The notes below the pieces were generated by a model. The model was not told where the DNA came from, did not search any database, and was given only the letters and a program-made list of their open reading frames with translations. A DNA stretch of 64,000 bases from Octopus sinensis (taxonomy: Eukaryota). The first letter of the stretch is position 1. Each line of letters starts with the position of its first letter. The stretch spans positions 11,842,001 through 11,906,000 of the forward strand of contig NC_043018.1 of assembly GCF_006345805.1 (NCBI RefSeq), written 5' to 3'. Below are positions 12,701 through 25,177 of the stretch, piece by piece. The position numbers and the translations under genes were made by a program.

Positions 12701-15700
12701 TTAAACTTACAGCTGCTTTCTGTCCCCTCTTTTACCCCTTCCTGGTGAATTCTAGGACACCTGAGCACTGTATACAATAAGCTCATTGTTATTACTTTCT
12801 TTTCCTGTCTGTAACAATTTTTTTTTTTTTACAGGGAAAATTTAAAGACGGAACAAATAGTGCAGAGATAAAGACAGATTATACAGTTCTTTAATAATAT
12901 TCGATATATTGTTGTGTCTGGGGAGAGTCATTTTCACTTTATGCCTTATTCCATATATATATATATACATATATATTTAATAATAATTAATGATGCATTT
13001 TATAAATCAAAATTGAAAAACCATTCTTTCTTTTTTTCTACACTCTTTTCTTTTCACCCCCCACCTCCTCCTCTGAAATTTAAATATATTAAATATGTGC
13101 TCTGTATAAAACATCTTTAATATATTTAATTCTTCTATTTCTTTCTTTTTTTTTTTAACTTATTCCTGTTTCCCACCAATCACAGTATGTGCAAGCAGTT
13201 GGCAGAAAAATCATTCTTCAAAAACAGTCAACTGCAATAAAAAGAGATTAAGTAATCCCAAGTTAACTCCCCTGAGAAATAATTCGAAATGAATGGTGAA
13301 GCCAGACGAATGGTGAAGCCAGGCGAATGGTGAAGCCAGGCGAATGGTGAAGCCAGGCGAATGGTGAAGCCAGGCGAATGGTGAAGCCAGGCGAATGGTG
13401 AAGCCAGACAAATGGTGAAGCCAGACGAATGGAGTGAAAAGAGGAAATAGAAGATTGTATGCAGGAGGAAATAAAATGGTCAGCAATAGAAAGGAAGGAA
13501 GAGGTGAAAAGTTTGGGAGTGAGCAGTTGTCTGAAGTTTAAAAAAAGGGAAGCAGGGGAAAGAAGAGGGATGTTTGGGTTAGATTGATGCTGACTGAGAG
13601 GGGGGGAGGCCTCAGAGAATATTAAGCTGGGGTCACTTTAACAGGTCAACAGTAAATAAATATATTGTTGCAGTCATGCATTTATACAGAATAAAAAGAA
13701 AAGAAAAGAATTTTTAGAAGTGAAATGGTCAAGAATGAGAGGAAAAGGAAGAGGTTAAATATTTAGGAGTGGGAGTAAGGTGGATTTGCTAGGAGAGAAG
13801 AAAGGAGGCGTAAGAAAGAGAGGGAGATGGAGGGTAAAAATTTCTAGCTACTAGGGGAACAGAACAGTCAGAGTAAAATTGGTGGCTTACTAGTAAAGAG
13901 TAAAACTATACATTCACATATCTGCAATAAATACATACAAGAGCTTCAAGTGGAGGTGGGGGTGGGGGTGGGAATGCAGAAGGATTAGTTTGGGAATAAT
14001 TGGGGAGGACGCTATTATTTGTACCTTAAGAATGCATTGCATAACTTATGTTTTCAATTAAGGATTCGGTCAGTCCCTTCATTCCGGCAATCACTGCATT
14101 GCATCATAAATAAGACTTCTGCGATGCAGAGATCACATTTGTTGTTGTAACCATTTCTCAGTTTGGCATCGGAAATGATGGACCATTTTAAGTTGTATAG
14201 AACCTAGCTTTGTTTTATCTATGATCCACCTCTCCGTCTTTAAAGGTTCTTTTTCGTTTGAACTGGGCTATACAGCAATTTTAAGAATCAAAATCAAAAT
14301 AAAATAAAATGACCTTATCTTAGAAGTCAGGTCATGCGGTTATTCGATGAATGAAAATAAAAATTGAACAAATTAACCTTGTCTCAGAAGTCAGAACATG
14401 ATATCAAGATTTCATCCCTTATTTTATATCTCCCCACTCACCTCCTTCATTATCTTTTAAGGTCTTTTGTCTAGAACTCTGTCATTTAGTTTGAAAGATC
14501 TCTCTCTATATAAAACTGAGAATGTGTGTCTGTCTGTCTGTGTGTTTCCCTAAAACTTGAGAACTACACAACCAATTTCATTCAAATTTTACACATGCCT
14601 TAGTTAGGGTCCATGTAGTTTCTTCTCCACTATTTCAGTATTACATGTTAAAAGTGAAACAAAAACATTTCTCTATTTTATGTCAGATACTTTCACTTTA
14701 ACAATAAAAATAATAATAACAATTGAATTATATGTAGTAAGTAATAATTAAAATCAAACTAAAGTATAATATAATCGTAACATAACAAAAGTAAAAATAG
14801 CAATTGGTATAAAATTGCATCAATGACTTGAACTTGAATAAGTGGTTTCACATGAATGGGAATAAATTAAAAATAAAATTAGCGTGCAGAAATGGAATAG
14901 TCCAGATGGATAATAAAAAATTAAATTAAAGAAAAGACTATTGTCTATAAAGTATACAATGTAGAGAAAAAAGAAGATTTGAACACCCGGAGGAAAGTGC
15001 CATCGAAAAGTGTCTTGGTGCGACTATGAAAGATATCTAACCAGAGGCGGTAAATTCGCCACAATAGAAGCAAGGTTCGAGTCAACGGAGCATGCAGGGG
15101 AGTACTCGACTCGAACTTGCAAAGTGGAAATATTTTATTTTTACCTTTATATCTGGGACGTAGGATGTACCGGATAAAAATTAAAATGCCCCCCTGCCCC
15201 CAGAAGTAGAGGTAGGCTGGATTGTAGCCACACTTCTATACAAGAGGGAGGACAAGATACAATTGATTGAAATTACAAGAGATGGGCTAACAATTCCAGT
15301 CTGTTATATATTTTGAGTATTGTTATCACTAGCGATATCAAGATATAACTTTGTATTTTGTATTTTATGTGTAGATGTATATATATAGATGTGCATGTAA
15401 TATGTACACATATATATATACACATATATACATGCACTAGCACTATGACCCGGCAACGACGGGTCATAATGCTAGTTATAAATAAAATAAAATAAGCTTA
15501 TCCTTTAGAAGTTATATTGTTATACCCTATTCTCTCATCTTCCTACTGCTATAAATGCTCTCCCCCACCCTTCATGTACCCATCATCTTTTTCCTATATT
15601 AACTCCAAACTTGAGCAAGTGAATTCTTTCTTTTGAATTGTTACTAGTCAGGGTGAAGTGGTACAAACTGGTGATTTTTGGAATGTTGGTTTTTTAAATG

Positions 15701-18603
15701 TATAATTTGTGTATGTTCACCTGATGAAAACCGTTTCATTTTCGCATGATGTAATATCTCTATTTATCAATAAAAATTTCATTGGAAACAACTGTAGCGA
15801 ATGAATCTTTATCCATCTTCTGTTTCTATTTATTTATTACTAGCAGTATCGCCCGGCGTTGCTTGGGTTTGTAAGGGAAATAACTATATAAGCATTTTTA
15901 GAGAGTTACATCCCTTATATAATAGCAAAAAATGCATTAAAAACGGGGAAAAAATGATGGTAAATTTTTTTTTAATCGTAGACTCATCGTAGACGCACAC
16001 TAATACCCAGAAGAGCTCGATATGAATCACTACTATAAGATACCCGAATTTGGTTACACTGCACCGCAAAATGTGGGAGTAGTTAGGAATCTAAATCGTA
16101 GGAGACAGACACTCACACAACTTCACTTTTATATATAAAGATTCACCTTAACTCAGAACCTGCCATTAGCACAATACAAGTGTTGCAGTGTGTGTTCCTA
16201 AACCTCCAGACTCAGAATAGACTTAAGTTGGCTGCAGTAAATCGTAGATTATTCGAGTGGGAAAATAATCCATCTCTACTTCAGGATGTAGGGATTTGTT
16301 CCTCTGATTTCATAGTAAATGTGATTTCCTTCTTTTTGACCTGACCTACTGCTTTCCCTTTTAAGTACCTTATTCACTTGAACATGAACTTTTATATATA
16401 TATATACTAGCAGAGGCACCCAGCATTGCCCCGGAATGAAATTATTCTTTATATACTGGAAGAAAAAAGCAAAATATGATGTATAGAAATTTGTTATTCT
16501 AAATTCCTTTTATTCTACAATTGGGAAATCATTTCTGAATTCATAATACAAAATAATAATAATCTTTTCTACTGGAAGTGCAAGGCCTCAAATTTAGGTG
16601 AGAGGATTAAGTCAATTATATTGACCCCAGTGCATAACTGGTATTTTATTGACCCCCCCCTCCCCCCCAAAAAAGATGAAAGGCAAAGTTGACCTTGGTG
16701 GAATTTGAACTCGGAACATAAAGGATGAAACAGCACTAAGCTTTTCACCCAGCATGCTAACAATTCTGCCAGCTTGCAACCTTAATAATAATAATTATTT
16801 ACCATCTCATCAAGTCTCCCTTGACCATAAGTGGCCTGAACTCTTTACATGTACACCACCCTGTACATAACTCCATGTCCCCCTACATGGCCTTGCTTTT
16901 TGCTTTTTGAGCCAAAAAATTAACTAACTAACTAATGATGATCTTTTCTACTCTAGGCATAAGGTCTGAAATTTTGGGAAAGGGGGCCAGTCGATTAGAT
17001 TAATCCCAGTACGCAACTGGTACTTAATTTATTGAGTCTGAAAGGATGAAAGGCAAAGTTGACCTCAGTGGAATTTGAACTTAGAATGTAAAGACAAACG
17101 AAATACCGCTAAGCATTTCACCTGGTGTACTGTTTCTGCCAGCTCACCGCTTTAATAATAATGATAATTAATAATAAATGAAAATATAAAATTTACCACT
17201 TTTATGAAAGGAGATAAATTCTATTGCATATTTTGAAGGAAATTACGTAAGAGCTTCTGGGTAAACAACATTCTTTTTTTCTGGTTTGGAGCATAGACAA
17301 ATAAGTCTTGCAAACTACCAACCCTGGAGCAACCAACATAAATGTGACCATGAGAAAAGCAAGCCAGTAGATTTCAAAGACTGACTTTGGGCTTTAGTAA
17401 TAGACAGTGCAAAGTGTAGTCACACTGGGAATTGTGTTCATTTGAACTCAAATGTTAGTTTGATTGGAATTCTTGGAATGAAAACCTCTTCCTCAGAAAC
17501 ACATCCAGTGATGATGGTAGCTTCTATCACATTAGGTGATAATGTCTTTACAATCAACCTTGTCTCATTGCATAATTTAGGAGGATCTAAATTTCTTAGA
17601 GGAATTATTGGGACTCCTACCTTCATAAAAAATTTATGTGGAGGAGTTCCTGGTGGCTCAAGAGAATTAAGGAACTCTGTTGGGTAATGGACAGCTTGAT
17701 TTTCATCAAGGATCGAATCAACTGGTTTGTACTTCTTAATGAATCTTATTCATTAATTCATGGTTAATCCTTGCTACTGTCTCATTTTTTGGAGCAAGAA
17801 TTTCCCTTTCACACAACCAATTACGTGAATTATAATCATTACTCAAGAAGTCTGGAAATAGCCTGTTCTTCAGTTCAGTCAAAGGATTCACCATGATAGC
17901 AATATGAGCCAAATTGATATCACCATTCCCATCAAATGGTACTTTCCCATTCTTAATTGGAAAAACCAGGTTGAAAACTGTTTTGCACATTGGTCCCCAT
18001 GTAATAAAGCTCGCACGTTAATACTGAAGGAGAATTTCTGTACTTTATTCCACAGGTGTGAAGACTTAATGCATACTTTTATTTCATCAGACCTTGTTCA
18101 TCTCGGAATGACTGGTAATGTCTGTCTGAAGTCTCCTGATAAAACTCATATAACTCCTCCCATAGATTTATTGTTGCCTCTCATGTCCTGTAAGGTCTTA
18201 CCAAGGGCTTCCATTGCACCTCTATGTGACATGGTGCATTCATCCCAAATGATAAGGTGGCACTGGCACAACACTTCTGCTGAACCTGAACCTTTGCTTA
18301 TGTTACAAACTGGACTGTCATCTGTGACCAGGTTTAACAGTAATTTAAAAGCAGAACAAGCTGTTTGTTCTCCTGGGAGAATGGTGGCAGCAAAGCCAGA
18401 CAATGGTACAGCAACTGCAATTTTTTTGTTTGTTGCCTTACTTTGGAGAGAAGCAATGTTGTTACAGATGTTTTACCATCAAGAAAGAAAATTCCTCTGC
18501 TTTTTTTTCTGGTGATTGTGTAACACAGCATGCAAGCACACACGCACACACATACTCACACTGACACATATACATACAGTATCAAACATCAGATGAAATG
18601 GAC

Positions 18604-18636
<33 letters not shown>

Positions 18637-21600
18637 TGAAGGAGTGTGTTGTCATGTATTTTTTGTGTGTATGTATGCATGTGTGTGAGAGAGAGAAAGT
18701 GTCACTTAGACATCACTGTCTTTCTCTCTCTCTCTCTCTCCATGACGAAAAAATACTCCTTCAGTACTATTCTGACCTTGTCTACAGAATTCAAATTTCT
18801 CCATCCAAATGATTTGAAGACTGTGGAATAAATGATAATTAGATGGGGCATCGTTTCCCATTCAGACGACTGCTCCAGCCTTTGGAATGTCATCCTCACT
18901 GTATGTGGCTGAGCACTATCCTGATTGAAGAACACCTTTCATCTTGAAACCAAAGATGGTTGTTTTTCTTCTGGTGCTGACTTGAACTGCTCAAGCTAGT
19001 TGCACTAGATCTCCTTTCATATCCCACCAAACAGCTAACAACACATTATGTAGGTGAAGACCTTCTTTAGCCGGGGCTGCCAGGGTTTCTCCACTGTCTT
19101 CAGTGCTTGACATTTTGACAGAGAACACATTTCTCATCACCAATGACTATTCGGTCCAAAAAAAGGTTCATATGTGAGATGTGACAGCAAAGAAGAGCAC
19201 ACATTTACTCTCTACATTGAAAGTTTGTGAGAAACCCATTGACTCAATTTTCTAACTTTTCCAATGGCACGCAGGTGTCGATGAATGGTTGAATGACCAA
19301 ATCCAAGTTTCTCTGTTAGTTCCTCAACAGTTACAATGGGATTTTGTTCCACCAGGGTTTGCAGGACGTCCTTGTTGAGCTCTACAGATCTTCCAGGACG
19401 AGACTCAACTTCTAGGCTTGTAGTTTCTGACTCAAAATTTCTGGAACCACCATTGACACTGGCTTATGCTTAGTGTGCAATCCCCATATACTACATTAAT
19501 ATTCCTTGCACTTTCCGTTGCGTTGTTGCCTTCCTTGAACTCATAAAGCAAAATATGCCTTTGTTACTTCCATTATAGGTTTGAAAAAATAACTGTTAAA
19601 ATCAAACTGCACTCTTCAAAACTTGCACCAAGAATAGGGCGAAAGTAAAATTACTACCTGCTTTTATAGCAAGTTGATGCAGGTAGTTTACCCTGTCTTC
19701 CTCCAACTTTTAGATCATGCAATTGCAAAAAACCACATTACTTATGGGAAGACCCAATATTTCCGTGCCGGTGGCACATAAAAAGCACCAATCCGATCGT
19801 GGCTGTTGCCAGCCTCACCTGGCACCTGTACCAGTGGCACGTAAAAAGCACCAACTACACTCACAGAGTGATTGGTGTTAGGAAGGGCATCCTGCTGTAG
19901 AAACACTACCAGATCAGACTGGAGCCTGGTGCAGCCATCTGTCTTCCCAGATCCCGGTCGAACCATCCAACCCATGCTAGCATGGACAACGGACGTTAAA
20001 CGAAGATGATGATGATATGTGGGAAATTCTCTCTGTGGATGTGTTTGTTTGTGGAGTTGTTAGCTACATCATTTTATCGATTTTGATGAAACTTGACATG
20101 TGAGTAGAACTCATGTCTGGAAACCTCGTGACATACTTTGTTTGTTGAAAAAAAAATCAATAGGGCCCCTGGAAGGGATCCTTATATCTACTACATATAA
20201 CCAATATATTTTATTTAAACACCCAAAGAGAAATAACCCATAGCACCTGCAGTTACAATTTTCAGTTTTTAGACAGCGATCAATATTTAATTCTCACAAT
20301 CAGCGGACCTAATTCTGCATTTCACTACTCAAAGTTTTGAACTTCTAAACTTTATTATTGCACTTTCTTGATTTGAATCTTAAACCTTAAAGACTTCATT
20401 CATACATTTATGTACATACACACTTTTTTGCGCTCATATATACTATATATTAGCTTAAATAAAGTTAACCTTTAGAATTCCACAACGAGTAAGAGTACGA
20501 GTGGATACTTCTACTTCACAAGCTGCTCTAATGCGACAACGATGATCTCAAGTAAGTCTCCGATTCATTATGTTTGATTTTTAAATCGAACTGCATTCAA
20601 CTGAATAAAATTACTGCCGTTGTTTGTCAACAACTATCGGCAGTGTATATTTCATTTGTCACAGTTATTTATGGCATCGTTCGTGCGTTTGTACTACTGG
20701 TTTTAGCTTTAAGGTTTTAGGGTTAGAGTTACAGAAAAAAATGAAGCACGAACAATTATGGTGGTGCCATGAAGTAAACATGCTCAGATACACTCGTTTA
20801 TTCATACAAACGTAACTGAGATTAAATAAATATGTCATAAATAACAGTGACAAACTGAGTAGACACTGCAGGAAATTGTTGTTGACAAACTACAGCAGTA
20901 ATTGTTTTCGGCTAAATACACGTCATTGATTGGTTGAAATTACCGAAATACAACAACACCAAGAGAAAAAGATGTTTTATGTGACACATTCTTGTTTAGT
21001 TACAAAAAATTATTTAAAAAATCTGTCGGTCAAAAGGTGAAGATGCTACGTTTTACCTTCGTTTTCAATTTTAATAATTTTTTTCGTGTTATGTGTCGCC
21101 ACATGTTTTTGTGTCGCCCCCTTGTGGGCAATAAAGAATTTTAAAGTTGTAGTATTTGACGTTATATTGTGTAAAATGACTGTTGTTTAAGTGTTATGGA
21201 GTTCTCTGAACACTTGTTTGTGCTGCCTTTTGGCAGTTTGTTTGTGGTTTCCCTCGTCGGGTAGGCCAAGTGAAAGAAGATGTCAGAAACAGAAGAAAAA
21301 GAGGGTGAACCAAGAGAATGGGAAACAACCGGTCAGAAAAGGAAAAGGAAGAAACCAAGCAAAACAAACACAGAACCCTCCCCTACATACGCTGGACGCC
21401 TCTGACACAAACAATCACAAACGGACACAAACCCTTCAACTTCCCGACCTCCCGGGGAAAAAAAAGAAAAAGGACAACTTCGCAATAATGTAAGACAATA
21501 AAAACAGAAAACTGTGTGAGGAGATTAAAACGTGGAAAGACATAAAAAGAAGTGGACACAAATAAATGTGATAAGGTGCAAAAGGAAAAACTTACAGTTT

Positions 21601-24600
21601 AAAAGCGGTTATAAAACGTGGGGAATAGACGTGGAGATGGCATTTGACGCACGTGCAACTTTTTGCAGGATGTCCTGGCAGGCATGAACTATAAAAAGTG
21701 AACCAAGGTATAAATGAAGTGACTCGGGGCTGAGAGAGCTTCATTCCATTTCCCAGTTTCATTTATCATCCATTATAACATACGTTTTTGATTTTATTTC
21801 TTTTCTTCGTTTCTTTTTTCCTGTCTGTTATATGTTCCCACATGTCCTCGTATTGTCCCCTCTTCGTTGGCCACTTGTGGGCAATAAAGAAATAGCACAA
21901 CATATTGGATATGTTCGTCGGTGAGTTAAAGTTGTAGTATTTGGCATTATATTGTTGTGTAAAATTACTGTTGTTTAATTGTTGTAGAATTGTCTGAACA
22001 CTTTTGTTTGTGCTGCCTTTTGGCCGTTTGTGGTTTCCCTCCTCACAGATTGGGGGAGGCCGACTGAAAAGAGCTGTTAGAAGTAGAAGATATCAGCTGC
22101 TCAGAGCTGTCCTCTACAGAACGGTCGGAGCAGTCAGAATTCTCGTGGAGCACGATGGGAAAACGGAATGTTGAACGAATAAGAGCAAATAGAAGTTTCG
22201 CAGAGATTGCAAGGTGTAAAGAGTAGCAGGACGAATGGGACGAATGGAGAAGTTTTAGGAAAAAGCAGAAACGGGAGAAAAAGAGAGCGAATCAGAAGGA
22301 AAAGGAAGAAACCAAGCAAAACAAACACAGAACCATAGATGGAATGCAAGATAAAATATGGGATACATATTACACAAAATTATTATGGATTACCGCCGAG
22401 GATTTACCAAAGATGCAGATACAGACTTCAAAATTTTCGTACTTACGCAAATCAAAGCCAGTAACTTTTAATTTATGTTTCAAAAAATACAACCTCTTCA
22501 TATATTCTTTCATATCTTAAAAATTACCGAGAAGTATGTTTACAAAAATCGAGTCAAAACGAAGGAATACCAACATCATCATAGAATACATTTAATTAAG
22601 GATATATATATATCACATTTCTTGGCCCTCTCTTTCTTTAACTCCCACCATTTCCCACTCGTTTATCTCCCCTGCATCTTTCCCTTTGTCTGACTTTTTT
22701 TCTAATCCTTCAATCCTGCTGTCCCCTACTCATCTCTCCTCCTTCCACATGACCGGTGTCCGGCCAGCCATGATCTTTCTTTCTTGGTCTGACTGCCGAT
22801 CGCCAACACCTCTTGTGTCCATCTCCCATATTCCTGCCTTTAGGCTTTCACTTCATACACACCAGCTCAATTTGATTCGTTCTTTGTCAAAAGACGCCTG
22901 TCTCTGTCTGTAGCTTCTGGAACAAAATGATCTGCTGCCAAGTCGTCATATACAAGAGACATGATTCAAGAAAAAATGGAGAAAGCTTGAATAATATGGA
23001 CTGAAGAAAACAATCCAAAAAGGATACCAGTAGATGGTGAAAACCATAAAACAGACAGTATTACGATTTTACAAGAAGATTAATGATCTGGAGTCATCAG
23101 TGTGTTACATCTGTCTAGTGATAAAAAGAATGAAATTGCTGCAATCAGGTGACTATGCTAGCCAGATCGATTTTCACAAGATAGCAGGAGGCAGGGTTAC
23201 TCCTAAGCTAGACGTAGTGGATAGCTTCTGTTATTTAGGTGATCAAGTTAGTAATGGAGGTGGATGCTCTGAAGACATAGCTGTGAGAATAAGAATAGGC
23301 TGGGCAAAGTTCAGAGAGCTCCTACCTCTGCTGGCAACAAAGGGCCTCTCCCTTCGAGTGAAAGGCAGATTGTATGATGCCTGTGTGTGAACAGCTATGC
23401 TTCATGGCAGTGAAACATAGGCTGTGATAACTGAGGAGGTGCGTAGGCTTGAAAGAAATGAAGCCAGTATGCTTCACTGGATGTGCAATGTCAGTGTGCA
23501 TGTTCTTGAGAGAAAAGTTGGGCATAAGAGGCATGGGATGTGGTGTGCAAGAGAGACAACTGTGCTGGTATGGTCGTGATGTGTATGGATGAGGGCAACT
23601 GTGTAAAGAAGTGCTGATCTCTAACTGTAGAGGGAACCTGTGGTAGAGGCAGACCCAGGAAGACATGGGATGAAGTGGTGAAGCACTGGCCAAAAAAGCA
23701 TCCCATCTAGAAAATAGATGATGGTGCACTGACAGCAAAAATGTAATCTCAACACTTGAGAAATTCTACTCAGACTGATGCTGATGTGCAGCAACTCAGC
23801 AGTCAAATTTTAAGCTATTCCTATTATATCAGTGTGCAGAAAATACAATAGAACAAGGAATTAACAAAGAAATGTTTCCATTGAAAAATATATTGATTTT
23901 AGACAGATAATGACGTTTATTTTTAATTTAAATATCAATATCTCATCATCATCATCGTTTAACGTCCGTTTTCCATGCTAGCATGGGTTGGACAGTTCAA
24001 CTGGGATCTGGGGAGCCAGGAGGCTGCACCAGGCTCCAGTCTGATCTGGCAGTGTTTCTACAGGTGGATGCCCTTCCTAATGCCAACCAAACCGTGAGTG
24101 TAGTTGGTGCTTTTTACGTGCCACCGGCATGGAAGCCAGTCAAGGCGGAGCTGGCATTGGCCATGTTTGGATGGTGCTTTTTACGTGCCACCGGCACAGG
24201 TATCACAACTACAATTTCCATTGATTTTTATTTTGATGTTCTTGACTCAATAGGTCTCCTCAGGCACAGCAGAAGCCCTACGATCCAAGGTAAGCACAGC
24301 AGGTCGTTCTGCGATCCAAGGTACTTTGGATGGGCTGGGGCTGCTATGTGAAGCTGGTGCAGGAAACAGCCACGAACTCACATTATTTGTTGGGTCTTTG
24401 CAGTCACAGCATATCTCCAGAGATCTCGGTCTTTCGTCATTGCCTCTGTGAGGCCCAACGTTCAAAGGTCATGCTTGACCACCTTGTCCCATGTCTTGAA
24501 AATATATTTTCTCCACTCCTTTTTTAATATCTATCATATGTTACTCCCTTTGTTACCTGGTGTGTTCATAAGGAGGCTGCTTTGTGTTGGTACCTCTAAA

Positions 24601-25144
24601 GGTTAACAGCTATTATGCATGAACATGGCATTAGACCAGAAAGTGGCATCTTCTTTTACTCTTTACTTGTTTTGGTCATTTGACTGGGGCACCACCTTGA
24701 AGAAATTTTAGTCAAATGAATTGACCCCAGTACATTTTTTTTTTTCAAGTCTGGTACTTACTCTATCGGTTTCTTTTGCTGAACCACTAAGTTACGGAGA
24801 TGTAAACACACCAACATCAACCGTGAAGCCAAGGTGATGGATAAACATACACACACATGTGCCTATGTATGATGGGCTTCTTTCAGTTTCCATCTACCAA
24901 ATTCTACAATAGCCTGAGTCTATAGTAGAAGACCCAAGGTGCCATGCACTGGGACTGAATCCACAACCATGTGGTTGGGAAGCAAGCTTCTTACCACACA
25001 GCCATACTTGTGCCTATGCATAATGTATTTTGAAATAAGATGTAATAACCAGATTATAAATATATTTTTTCAAAAATTTTATCAATTAGAATACAAAACG
25101 AATTCTGCATTTTTTGTTTTTTATTACTTTTTCTATATACACAG

Positions 25145-25177
<33 letters not shown>

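Noticed and set aside
13960-13975. G-rich run (potential G-quadruplex)
   Set aside because: It is a short isolated motif in a purine-rich tract with no supporting evidence of function
17904-18515. 203-aa plus-strand ORF
   Set aside because: It is the antisense shadow of the Helitron helicase relic
20200-21000. Possible unclassified non-autonomous element
   Set aside because: There is no second copy in the window and no clear termini or TSD to support a call
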